IMG/VR virus record: IMGVR_UViG_3300005323_000002
Location: 2,242 to 66,241 of that record
Length of the DNA stretch: 64,000 bases
From: a virus
Strand: one strand, 5' to 3'
The notes under the pieces are model-generated. The model worked only from the letters and a program-made list of their open reading frames with translations. It ran no database searches and was not told the DNA's origin. The translations under genes were made by a program, and so were the position numbers. This document shows positions 19,322 to 28,533 of this stretch, one piece after another (position 1 is the first letter of the stretch; each line of letters begins with the position of its first letter).

Positions 19322-19411
19322 GCTGGATAGGTCGGCCAACCGAAAAGGAGTTTCCTGACTCCCTGCCAGCACTTAGATCTTTTCAGGAATACATGACAGG
19401 AGATGTAATTT
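19322..19411 (+). ncRNA. Conserved structured leader RNA, copy 3
   Basis: GCTGG/CCAGC; GGT/ACC-GAAAA; GGAGT/ACTCC, loop TTCCTG, downstream TCAGGAA, SD hairpin TACAT/ATGTA; TATA at 19292. Confidence 0.8.
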
Positions 19412-20143
19412 ATGCGGTTCCGGGAAGATATCCCCATTAAAGAAGTTACTCGATTGTATGTTGAAGAAGAAAAATCGGTTGTTCACATCGCGAGATTGTT
19501 TCATACCAGTCCGTCTATAATATGCGATCGGATGGACTTGGCTGGTGCAGCAAGACGACCACTCGTCAGGCATGATGTTTCTGACATCGATATAAAAGAA
19601 ATGTATGTGGGCAGCCAATTATCGATTAGGGCGATATCTGAACGTGTCCAATGCAGTAGGGAGACTGTGCGGTGCCGATTAAAGTCGATGGGAGTAGTGC
19701 TTCGACCAAACACAAAAGAGCACATGTCCGATGAAGTCAAAAAAAGAATCTCGGAGGCAAAAAAAGGTTATTGTCCCTCAGAGTATGCGAGACGAAAGGT
19801 TTCAGAGGCAAACACCGGTCCGGGCAATGGTAACTGGAGAGGTGGAAAATCATATGAACCGTATTGCCCGGCGTTTACTGAGAAACTGAAAGAAGAAGTT
19901 CGGGCGGCATTTCAAAGAAAATGTTATGTTTGCCACACACCTGAGGTGGTAAATGCCAGAAAACTCTCGGTCCATCATGTCGATTATCAAAAATCACAAG
20001 GCTGTAGGGGCCAACGGTGGAGCTTAATACCGCTTTGTAACAGTTGCCACAGCAAAACCAATCGAGATAGATGGTATTGGTTCGCACTATTAAGGGATTA
20101 TTGGATCTATGAACACATAGACTTCAACTCCAACCCCTTTTAA
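19412..20143 (+). CDS. HNH endonuclease with HTH repeats and NUMOD3-like motifs
   Basis: Two HTH repeats, MSDEVKKRISEAKKG, C-terminal WRGG..PYC...KCYVC...SVHHVDY...LCNSCH. Confidence 0.87.
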   Translation: MRFREDIPIKEVTRLYVEEEKSVVHIARLFHTSPSIICDRMDLAGAARRPLVRHDVSDIDIKEMYVGSQLSIRAISERVQCSRETVRCRLKSMGVVLRPNTKEHMSDEVKKRISEAKKGYCPSEYARRKVSEANTGPGNGNWRGGKSYEPYCPAFTEKLKEEVRAAFQRKCYVCHTPEVVNARKLSVHHVDYQKSQGCRGQRWSLIPLCNSCHSKTNRDRWYWFALLRDYWIYEHIDFNSNPF

Positions 20144-20187
20144 CTCGTTTTTATTAAGTTGTTTCAGTTTTTTGATAAGGTGATGTT

Positions 20188-20844
20188 ATGCCGTATGAAT
20201 TGAAAGATTTAGACCTAGACGAAGTCTCGTTAGTCGGTTCTCCGGCTAACAACCGCAAATTCTTGATTTTTAAGTCAATGCAAAAATCCAAGGAAGGTAT
20301 CAATGTGATAAAGACCAAGCCCGCTGGGGCAAGGGCCGGAGCCAGGGCTTCGGTCTCAAAGGCGGATATCCTGGATATAGTCCAGAAGGCCGTCGAGCCA
20401 ATCCGCAAGGAGAACGCAAAGCTGCGTGAGACCCTGCTGAAGAAGGACTACGAGGAGATTGCCAAGTCCCACTTGGGGGCTCTGGGAACTCCTCAGGAAG
20501 GTGCAGAGATTCTAAAGTCTCTGGAAAGCCTGCCTAATGAAGCCAGGGACACGATTCTGAAGGGGCTCAAGCAGGCCAACGCTGCCAAGAAAGAAGCTAT
20601 GGCCGTTCTGGGTACTCAGATGGGCTCTAGCAGGCCCGCACCGGGCAGCGCCACAGCTCAGTTCGAGGCAATCGTTGCCAAGCACGATAACCTCATCCAG
20701 AAGTCTGGCAACGGCCCAATAGACCCCAAGGTCCGCAGGGCAATGGCAGTCTCTGCCGCCACACGGGAGAACGGAAGGCTCGCCAAGGCCGTACTGGCTG
20801 AGGAAAGAGCAGGCGTCGTCCGGGCTCAGATGGGGGTGCAGTAG
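20188..20844 (+). CDS. Scaffold protein with N-terminal protease-type EVSLV..PAN segment
   Basis: MPYELKDLDLDEVSLVGSPAN followed by a helical region; upstream of capsid genes. Confidence 0.7.
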   Translation: MPYELKDLDLDEVSLVGSPANNRKFLIFKSMQKSKEGINVIKTKPAGARAGARASVSKADILDIVQKAVEPIRKENAKLRETLLKKDYEEIAKSHLGALGTPQEGAEILKSLESLPNEARDTILKGLKQANAAKKEAMAVLGTQMGSSRPAPGSATAQFEAIVAKHDNLIQKSGNGPIDPKVRRAMAVSAATRENGRLAKAVLAEERAGVVRAQMGVQ

Positions 20845-21276
20845 ATGTCTACATCTCGGATTACCGCACCGTTCCGCGAGGCGATGCCGGGGGACATCAG
20901 CTCATATGATGTCGAGGGCGACCTGACGGCGTTGGAGTACACATTCGTCGAGCTGGACACTGTCAGAAACAGGTGCGTCAAAGCATGGACCTCCGGCCTG
21001 CCGGTGGGATTGCTCTGCAACCGTCCAATTGAGGACGCTACCAGCACGGCATTCTCCACAGTGGCTCAGGTACAGCTCCGGGGCAAAGGACTCTGCAAGG
21101 CTGGATCAGGTGGCCTCGCTGCAGGGGATTGGGTCAAAGTAACTACGGGCGGTGTAGGTGTCAAGGCAACACCGACTGCCGGAGATGTCATAGTCGGCCA
21201 ATGCGAGGTCGCGGCTGCTGAAGGCCTACCAGCAACAGTCCGACTTATTGGGCCGTTCTACTACGCGGTCAGCTAA
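20845..21276 (+). CDS. Capsid cement / decoration protein
   Basis: 143 aa, Gly/Ala-rich beta protein (AGSGGLAAGDWV) immediately before the capsid gene. Confidence 0.7.
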   Translation: MSTSRITAPFREAMPGDISSYDVEGDLTALEYTFVELDTVRNRCVKAWTSGLPVGLLCNRPIEDATSTAFSTVAQVQLRGKGLCKAGSGGLAAGDWVKVTTGGVGVKATPTAGDVIVGQCEVAAAEGLPATVRLIGPFYYAVS

Positions 21277-21287
21277 ACTCTTTTGAG

Positions 21288-22355
21288 GTGATTATTACGG
21301 ATATTGCATACAAAGAAGCCTTAGCCATAGCGGCCCAGGATGTCGTCTGCAAAGGCATGGACTATTCACAGATCCATGTAGCCCGACTTGAGTCTCAGTG
21401 GTCACTGGCTTACAGGCAGGAGCCATCCAACTTCGTAGCGGACCAGTGGTTCCCGATGATCTCGGTCAACCAGATTGCCGGACTGTATCCTAAGTGGGCC
21501 AAAGAGAATGCATTCACAAACAAGGCAGGTACCTGGAGGCCGGGAACCGTGCCTCCACAGGGCGAGCTGAAGGTGGACACTCCAGGTAGCTACGTTTGCC
21601 AGAGGTATGCCTTCGAGATGCCTCTGCTGGCGGATCTGCCCTTCGTAGCTGATGATGGCTACCCAATCGAGCAGGCCACGACCAACATGGTTACTGATGT
21701 CCTGCAGCTCAACAAAGAGTTGATCATCGCCAACAACTACTTCAAGACGGGCGTCTGGGGAATCGATATCACTGGAGTTAATAGCGGTGAGACCTGGGTT
21801 CCTGGTGAAGTCACAACGGGCGAGACGTTCAGGCGGTTCAACGACGCGGATTCGGACCCGCTCGGCCTGTTCAAGGACTCCAAGCTGGCGGTTAAGCAGA
21901 AAGCAGGAGTCAAGCCCAATACACTCATATTGGGTGAGCAGGTCTACGAGTCTCTGAGAATTAACCCGCAGCTCATATCCCTGTACAGGAATCCACAGGG
22001 ATCCGAGAAGGTGCCTACAAAGCTCAATGAGCAGATGATTGCCCAGGCGCTTGATGTCGAGAAGATCATCGTTGCTGGTGCGATGTACAACACCGCCGCG
22101 CCCGGTGATACTGTAACGCTCGACTGGATCTTCGGAAAGAGCATGTGGCTTGGATTCGTGGACAAGCCCGGGCCGCTCAAGACCATCGCCGCCATGAACC
22201 TATCATTCAACGAGCCGCTCGGTGGCTTCGACACAGCCCTGTCCCAGGTACCCGACATGCACGTCCACACCACATTCTACCAAGGCTTCCAGTGCTGGGC
22301 CCCATGTGTTGTGGCGGCAGACGCTGGTATGTTCATGTACCAAGCCATCGCTTGA
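21288..22355 (+). CDS. Major capsid protein (HK97 fold)
   Basis: 355 aa in the canonical position; AYRQ..FVADQWFP, DSDPL, GVKPNTLILG; start codon uncertain. Confidence 0.88.
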   Translation: MIITDIAYKEALAIAAQDVVCKGMDYSQIHVARLESQWSLAYRQEPSNFVADQWFPMISVNQIAGLYPKWAKENAFTNKAGTWRPGTVPPQGELKVDTPGSYVCQRYAFEMPLLADLPFVADDGYPIEQATTNMVTDVLQLNKELIIANNYFKTGVWGIDITGVNSGETWVPGEVTTGETFRRFNDADSDPLGLFKDSKLAVKQKAGVKPNTLILGEQVYESLRINPQLISLYRNPQGSEKVPTKLNEQMIAQALDVEKIIVAGAMYNTAAPGDTVTLDWIFGKSMWLGFVDKPGPLKTIAAMNLSFNEPLGGFDTALSQVPDMHVHTTFYQGFQCWAPCVVAADAGMFMYQAIA

Positions 22356-22366
22356 GGAAGAATCTC

Positions 22367-22633
22367 ATGCCCGATAGCTTTAAAGTAGTGCGAGCCTTCG
22401 AGCGGCATGATGGCAAGGCCCTGCAAAAATATGCGCGGGGCCGGGTCATCACCGCCGAAGAGGCCGCCAAAATCCCAGAGATTACTTGGGACAAATTGAT
22501 CAGGAGTGGCTGCATCAATCGTGTGGTCGAGGATACTATTGTGCGAGCAAGATCGGGAGATCTCCAGATAGGGGAGGTCCGGGATCACAGTAAACTCGAT
22601 CTCGTGATATCCGGTGCAGGGGAAGTGAGATAG
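22367..22633 (+). CDS. Small virion-associated protein
   Basis: SD GAGG before ATG 22367, directly after the capsid gene. Confidence 0.55.
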   Translation: MPDSFKVVRAFERHDGKALQKYARGRVITAEEAAKIPEITWDKLIRSGCINRVVEDTIVRARSGDLQIGEVRDHSKLDLVISGAGEVR

Positions 22634-23467
22634 ATGGTACGATTCCTTGAGAAATTCTGGGGAGGCATACTTCTCGACATCGTCCGATCCAAGCGTGCTG
22701 AAATCGCGGAGTTGTGGCTACCTGATGATGATGGTGACATGGCCAAAGTCACCTCCACCGCAGACGACCTGAACAACTTGAACCTCACAACCCGCAAGTT
22801 CACAGTCTACAGTGCCGTTGCCCTGGTAAAGGGGGATCTCCTGCACATCACTGGCTACAACGTAGCCAACGATGTCTTCGCCGTCGAAAAGGCCGATGCA
22901 GACACCTCAGGCAAGCCTGCTCAGCTCATAGCTTCTGAGGTTAACGGCGGCTCAGAGACCTCCCTGGCATCGGACATCGAGGAGCTAACCGGCCTGAACA
23001 CCAACGCCGGTGAGGTGGGAGATCCGGTCTATCTGGATGCTACAACGCCCGGAAGCTGGACGCTCACGGGCCCCACCGGAGCTGATCAGCTCAAACAGAT
23101 CGTAGGCCGGGTCAAGGTCAAGAGCGCCACGGTCGGCAAGATTGTCTTCAACACCGTGAAGGGCGAGGTTGTGGCCCAGGGCAGCTCCGCATTGCAGCCC
23201 GCCTCTGTCCTGAAGACTAAGCTGGCTGGCGGATTCACAAAGAGAACCCTGGCAAACGGCACTGCTTCCGCCACAGATGTGACTGTGAGCGGCATGGCAG
23301 TCGGTGATGAGCTAGTATCGGTGATTAGCTACACCACGAAGGCGGCCATCGCAAGCATGGTCGACCGCACCTCTGAGTACACGGTGGGGGCAGGCAAGCT
23401 CGTCAAGGCAGCAGGCACGAACGAGACGGATAACCAGCTCGACATAATATGGAACGACCTGACATAG
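22634..23467 (+). CDS. Structural protein (head fibre / decoration-like)
   Basis: Thr/Gly/Ala-rich; KADAD, GDPVYL..TPGSW, QIVGRV. Confidence 0.6.
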   Translation: MVRFLEKFWGGILLDIVRSKRAEIAELWLPDDDGDMAKVTSTADDLNNLNLTTRKFTVYSAVALVKGDLLHITGYNVANDVFAVEKADADTSGKPAQLIASEVNGGSETSLASDIEELTGLNTNAGEVGDPVYLDATTPGSWTLTGPTGADQLKQIVGRVKVKSATVGKIVFNTVKGEVVAQGSSALQPASVLKTKLAGGFTKRTLANGTASATDVTVSGMAVGDELVSVISYTTKAAIASMVDRTSEYTVGAGKLVKAAGTNETDNQLDIIWNDLT

Positions 23468-23517
23468 GTCGTCCACTATCATTTTTTGAGATAATAAGCT
23501 AAAAGGAGAATAATAGC

Positions 23518-23937
23518 ATGGCCGATCCCGAACCAGAACTCGAATCCACTTACACAGGCAACCCCGCCACCGTGCCGATAGACGCCGTCCGGCTGGAGCT
23601 GGGCAAGGATGTCAGCCTTACACTTCTGACAGACTCGGAGATTGAATATAACCTGACCAGAGCCAACGGCAACACTCTCCTGGCCGCCGCGTACTGTGCC
23701 GAGACCATAGCTGGCATGTATGCGGGACTGGCTGACAAGAGTATGGGGGGCTCTTCCGTATCCCTTTCGCAGAAGGCCGAGGGTTGGCGAAAGAAGGCAG
23801 CCGCGCTACTCACCAGAGTCACAAGTCCAACACTTACTCCTAGAGCATCATCCTCCACACCAAGGGCCCTCAAGTTCGGGATCGGGCAGCATGACAATCC
23901 ATCATCGGGCGGATACAGTGTAACGGGATACTTATGA
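23518..23937 (+). CDS. Head-tail adaptor
   Basis: DAVRLELG...LLTDSEIEY...AAAYCAETIA..A...SVSLSQ. Confidence 0.75.
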   Translation: MADPEPELESTYTGNPATVPIDAVRLELGKDVSLTLLTDSEIEYNLTRANGNTLLAAAYCAETIAGMYAGLADKSMGGSSVSLSQKAEGWRKKAAALLTRVTSPTLTPRASSSTPRALKFGIGQHDNPSSGGYSVTGYL

Positions 23938-24096
23938 CGAAGAAAGTTCTTACGCCACAGCAAAAGGCAGATCTGGAGCGCGCATTCTACTCGGAATTCA
24001 AGCGCCGCGCCAAGGCCGGAGAGCCTGCACCATTCGCTGGCATGATGGCAGCCAGACAGCAGTTGATTGATCGGAACCGACTCATCGAGGGCACTA

Positions 24097-24678
24097 ATGG
24101 ATGACGGATTTTTCGATGAGTTTGTCCCGGCTGCAGCTAATCAGATTGTTCAAGGTCCCTGGGTGCTGTACGACGGCCTGGCCTCGGCAATCGACATGGA
24201 TGACGACATCCCGGATATCTTCCGGGTAGCAGTCACAGTCGCACCCGTCACGGATCATACAGTGATCGAGGGAACTGTTCACATCGACGAGGAAGAGCTG
24301 GAGTTCACCGAGGCAACCCGGCTGACCAGTTCAGAGGACCTGACGGAGCTGCCTGAGATCTCTGTTGAAGGTCTGGATTGCAACATTTTGGTTGAGTGCA
24401 TATCTACTGCAGGGGAGCCGCTCTATCATGAGACGCTGGTGCCGATCAAAGTGGTAGTGTTCCCAAAAACGCGGGTGGTACCGAGTCCGCATGGCAGCTC
24501 AGGATACCAAGAGACCAATTATAACGTCTTCAGCAAGGCGGCACTGAAGATCGGCGACCAGATCCGATACACCGATCCGCACCAGGGAACGTCGATCGAC
24601 ATCTATGTAAAAGACGTATCGAGTGCCGTAGACCTGGAAGACAACACGCAGCCTTTCCGAGTTTTTTACTGCGCTTAG
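24097..24678 (+). CDS. Putative head closure protein
   Basis: Position after the adaptor; C-terminal LKIGDQI...YVKDV beta fold. Confidence 0.5.
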   Translation: MDDGFFDEFVPAAANQIVQGPWVLYDGLASAIDMDDDIPDIFRVAVTVAPVTDHTVIEGTVHIDEEELEFTEATRLTSSEDLTELPEISVEGLDCNILVECISTAGEPLYHETLVPIKVVVFPKTRVVPSPHGSSGYQETNYNVFSKAALKIGDQIRYTDPHQGTSIDIYVKDVSSAVDLEDNTQPFRVFYCA

Positions 24679-24701
24679 CTTATTAATTTAGGGGGCAGAT
24701 T

Positions 24702-25202
24702 ATGCCGACATTCACGTATGAAGTTGCTATCAACCTTTCGGGCGGGCCTAAGTTATCTTTTTCGGACCACTTTCACACCGAGGCGTATACAAAAATTAGT
24801 GCGTTAGTGCCGGCTGGCATCGTACTATCTGATCTCGTCCCCGAATACACCGAGTGGGTGGAGCCGGAACCGGATTTAGAAGATTCTGTGGATGAGATTG
24901 CCGCATGGGAAGATGTGCCAATCCTGCTGAACGAATTTAATAACACCCCCACCACAGTCAATGTTCAACCGAGCGACGTCGAGAATGTCAACGCCCTGGT
25001 AGTCGATTCAGACAATTACGATGATATCTATTATACAGTCGATGATGGCTCGGACGTATTCGAACTAACTGCGCCGATGCTGCTCATCGGATCGGGGTGC
25101 GTAGGGCTGCTTGGAAACTCTTCAAAGAATTTTACACTTTACAACTTAGGGTCTGCAGATGCAAATCTAACCTTCTTAGTAGCACGAAATGCGCTTCAGT
25201 GA
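24702..25202 (+). CDS. Acidic structural protein, paralog of 52478-52870
   Basis: Shared VNVQPS, LIG.G, LVAR motifs. Confidence 0.65.
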   Translation: MPTFTYEVAINLSGGPKLSFSDHFHTEAYTKISALVPAGIVLSDLVPEYTEWVEPEPDLEDSVDEIAAWEDVPILLNEFNNTPTTVNVQPSDVENVNALVVDSDNYDDIYYTVDDGSDVFELTAPMLLIGSGCVGLLGNSSKNFTLYNLGSADANLTFLVARNALQ

Positions 25203-25263
25203 ATTGTTTTTCTAAACTTCACAGGGAACGTCGGAAGGACGATTAAGATCTAGGAGATTTTTC

Positions 25264-25944
25264 ATGGCTCAACTATATATAAAGAAGACCACCGACGGCA
25301 AACCAAAAGCGCTGGAAGGCAGCGATGACGGTGCGCTGAAGTACATCACAGAGATTAAGACTGCCGTAGAGGCTCTTTCCGCCTGTATATCTGCAGGGAA
25401 ATTGCAGGTAGACACAGAGATGCCTGCTCCAACCGGAATGGCGTCAGAGGAGACGGCTGCAGCGATCCTGGCTAAGCTCATCACCGCACCGTCAACTGAG
25501 GCCAAGCAGGACACCATCAAGACGGCGATCGATGCCATCACGACCAAGCTCTCGGCAGATCCAGCTACCCAGACCACATTAGCGGCCATCCTGGCTAAGC
25601 TCATAGCCGCCCCTGCGACAGAGGCAGGACAACAACCTCCAGCGACCACAGTCACGCATGACAGCATTGCGCTTACTGCCGCTAATACAGAGTACAGTCT
25701 GGTAATTCCTACAGGCTGCAAAAAATTGACATTCCGGACGGTGCGGGCGGATGGCAAGACCCCTGGGGACGATTTGCTGTATGCGTTCGTCACTGGAAAG
25801 GTGGATCACCCGACGCTATGTGAGCATATGCTACTCGATGGCGGAGCAGTCTACTCCGAGAGCAACCTAAATCTGTCCAGCAAAACGCTATACGTAGCTG
25901 GCATAACCGCTGGCGATATTGTACTTCTGGAGATGTGGTCATAA
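25264..25944 (+). CDS. Fibre-like protein with internal repeat
   Basis: AAILAKLI(T/A)AP(S/A)TEA twice; beta-rich C-terminus; SD AGGAG. Confidence 0.65.
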   Translation: MAQLYIKKTTDGKPKALEGSDDGALKYITEIKTAVEALSACISAGKLQVDTEMPAPTGMASEETAAAILAKLITAPSTEAKQDTIKTAIDAITTKLSADPATQTTLAAILAKLIAAPATEAGQQPPATTVTHDSIALTAANTEYSLVIPTGCKKLTFRTVRADGKTPGDDLLYAFVTGKVDHPTLCEHMLLDGGAVYSESNLNLSSKTLYVAGITAGDIVLLEMWS

Positions 25945-27741
25945 ATGCCTCCTGGAATAAGCCCTCGGATGTTCATTCGGAAAGGCCGGATAATCAAGAC
26001 TGTAAATGCTGATGGGTCGGGCGACTATACTCAATTATCTTCAGCTTTGTCCGCAATAACCGATGCCAGTGCGGATAAGTTGTATGCTATCATAGTGTTT
26101 GGAAAAATTTCTGACACTGCACAAATAGTGGCAAAAGCGTATGTAGATGTCATGGGGATAGGCGCGGACATCACATCAACGCTTGTAAATGATCCTGCTG
26201 TCTTATTCAATGTCGGCAATTTGTCCTGGCGAAACATAACGATTCGCCGCACAGGAACACCGACGACGGGAAATTATCATCCGGTTGCACTATTTACGAA
26301 TTCTGCATGTAACAATTCGTGCGTGGTTTCCAATTGCAATTTTCTTAATGAAGTTACAAACTCGACTCTATACGGAATGTCCGGGGCCGATATCACTTCG
26401 TATGCTTCTCCGACTATAGACAGATGCACTTTTCAGGGCGGTGTATCAAGTTACGTGAATGGCCACAACACGGGACTGAACATCCAAGATATTTACACTT
26501 CTCCAAAAGTGACAAATTGCACATGCATCGGAGGCACTTCCGCCGGCGCCGATTACGGCTGTGAGGTGATGCTGCTCGCTTCTCCAATCATGACAGGCAA
26601 TAGGTATGTTGGAGGATCGGGTGCATCCGGACAGAATCGCGGGCTAGTTATCGCACATGGAACGTCTCATTCCAATGAGCCTCAAATTATAGGCGGTGTT
26701 GCCGTTGGCGGAGCGGGCGCGGGTTGCGACGGTCTCATAGTGCGTGATGATTCTGCTCCCGTGATATCCGGCCTGTTCTCTTCTCCTGGCACTGGTGCTA
26801 CTACAAACTGCTGCGGGGCGACTATCAGCCATGGTGCATACCCCACTATTATAGGGGGGCGATTTTTTGGCGGCGATGGGGCATTTTCTCAGAATCATGG
26901 AATACAGATTCTTACCGGTGCGGCCCCCACTCTCAGGGGATCAATCATAAAGTCCGGCATCAATGGGGGTGCTTTGTTTGTCAATGCCACTGGCACAATT
27001 TCCAAGTTTTTAGGCTGTAATATTTCCACATACGGGACGACCGCAACTCGTCATGCTGTGAATCTGTATGCAGGTGGCGCCATCATCGATGGATGCTGGA
27101 TAGGCCCCTCCATGCAGCAGGCCGTTATCACCACTCCCTATGACAGTCAAATGTGGTTGAATGCCAATAGCGGGAGATTCCAGGCACTTTCTGGATACCC
27201 GTATCAACTCGCTTCGATGTCAATTGGAATAATTCAAGCGCAGTCTGGACAGACTTTTGATATTGGCACTACAGTGGGCGGTGATGATATTGCGGCTGAT
27301 ATAAGCCTTGAGAATATTGGAGATTTTGAAATCGCCATCGACAAGGCGGTTGCCCAAATAGCGGCTGATGGGTATATGTACGGAACACCGTCAGGATCTG
27401 TTGCCGATAACAAAATCGGCTTCAGATATACATATTGCAGAAATCCTGCAAACAACAACGGGATAAATCTCAATACCACCGGGTTCGTTCGGATCGCAAA
27501 TTCGACTATCATAGCCGCTGGCGCTTCCGATGCACTGTATATTGGAAATGCGGCCATTGCTGCTGCTAACTATGTGATCGAGAAGTGCCGCATAGAGAAC
27601 ATAAATCCTGCGGCGAACGCCATAAATGCCGAGTCTGAAATTGCGAATGCTCCAATATATTTCTCAGTTTTCAAGGGGCTGCAAACCAACATTGTAAGTT
27701 GTGCGGCGGGGACGTCGGTGGGGACCAACCTATCAATATAA
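25945..27741 (+). CDS. Parallel beta-helix (pectin-lyase-like) adhesin
   Basis: TVNADGSGDYTQLSSALSAI start; repeated G..I...ASP.I..C...GG coils. Confidence 0.8.
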   Translation: MPPGISPRMFIRKGRIIKTVNADGSGDYTQLSSALSAITDASADKLYAIIVFGKISDTAQIVAKAYVDVMGIGADITSTLVNDPAVLFNVGNLSWRNITIRRTGTPTTGNYHPVALFTNSACNNSCVVSNCNFLNEVTNSTLYGMSGADITSYASPTIDRCTFQGGVSSYVNGHNTGLNIQDIYTSPKVTNCTCIGGTSAGADYGCEVMLLASPIMTGNRYVGGSGASGQNRGLVIAHGTSHSNEPQIIGGVAVGGAGAGCDGLIVRDDSAPVISGLFSSPGTGATTNCCGATISHGAYPTIIGGRFFGGDGAFSQNHGIQILTGAAPTLRGSIIKSGINGGALFVNATGTISKFLGCNISTYGTTATRHAVNLYAGGAIIDGCWIGPSMQQAVITTPYDSQMWLNANSGRFQALSGYPYQLASMSIGIIQAQSGQTFDIGTTVGGDDIAADISLENIGDFEIAIDKAVAQIAADGYMYGTPSGSVADNKIGFRYTYCRNPANNNGINLNTTGFVRIANSTIIAAGASDALYIGNAAIAAANYVIEKCRIENINPAANAINAESEIANAPIYFSVFKGLQTNIVSCAAGTSVGTNLSI

Positions 27742-27872
27742 TTATTTTTCTCCACACAATCTTCGACAGCTATATCGAAACCGACGTCGAGCTGAAAACC
27801 CTCATATGAATATCATTGCCCCACGAAAGCCGGAAGGAACGCCGGTTCGAGGGCCACGAATAGGTGAGTACA

Positions 27873-28106
27873 ATGTCAGATACCGCTTTTTCCGATAGCT
27901 ACATAGAGACTGATGCCGAGCTGGAAACCCTGATCGGCGCCGACAAGCGAGCGTCAGCCGTGGCCCTGAAGGCGGCAATAGCGGCGGACCAGCCGTGGTA
28001 CTGTGCTGAAGCTACCGGGCACATAGATACATTGCCTCTCCGGGTCCAACGCTATGAGCTGCCATATACTGCCAGATACATGGCTACCAATAAATATTAT
28101 TGTTAA
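27873..28106 (+). pseudogene. Truncated second head-tail adaptor-like fragment
   Basis: DSYIETDAE...EATGHIDTLPL..QRY resembles the N-terminal half of DnaT-like adaptor proteins, then ends. Confidence 0.4.
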
Positions 28107-28109
28107 GAG

Positions 28110-28523
28110 GTGAATATGTTAAATACAAATCCCACAACGAACTCAGGCAACGGTTGGCTTGAATGCCTTGAATACGCCGGAAGGGGTGCGAAAGATCCAG
28201 CAGGTTACTCCATGCCACAAGGCTGGTCCATCCGAGATCTAGTTGCCTCGGTGATCGTCTTTCGTAGTAAGAAGATTGTCGAAGTGGATCCGGATAAGGA
28301 TCTTCGGAAGACTGATCGTGTAATCAAAGCAGTCCTCAATGAAAATCTCATTGAAATGCTGTATGGAGAAGACGACAGAGCTATTCTCATCGCTCCCTCA
28401 AACGCGGCACCTAACCTCACCAGGATTGAGTGGTATCAGAAATATGGCCGAGATGGATTGCGAACGCTCGCCACTTCGGCCATGAAAGGCAACATCGGCA
28501 GAGATCCGTTCAGGATCCCATAG
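28110..28523 (+). CDS. Hypothetical protein
   Basis: SD GAGGTGA; 137-aa ORF. Confidence 0.65.
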   Translation: MNMLNTNPTTNSGNGWLECLEYAGRGAKDPAGYSMPQGWSIRDLVASVIVFRSKKIVEVDPDKDLRKTDRVIKAVLNENLIEMLYGEDDRAILIAPSNAAPNLTRIEWYQKYGRDGLRTLATSAMKGNIGRDPFRIP

Positions 28524-28533
28524 GTGGTTTTCG

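Noticed and set aside
12822-20143. HNH plus RNA as an IscB/HEARO (OMEGA) RNA-guided system
   Set aside because: No RuvC segments or PLMP N-terminus, and the RNA is only ~100 nt with no obvious guide-length variable region. RNA guidance is unsupported, though not formally excluded.
19282-20187. HNH cassettes as group I or bulge-helix-bulge introns
   Set aside because: Flanking genes have their own stops and SD/starts, and I see no group I core or paired exon junctions.
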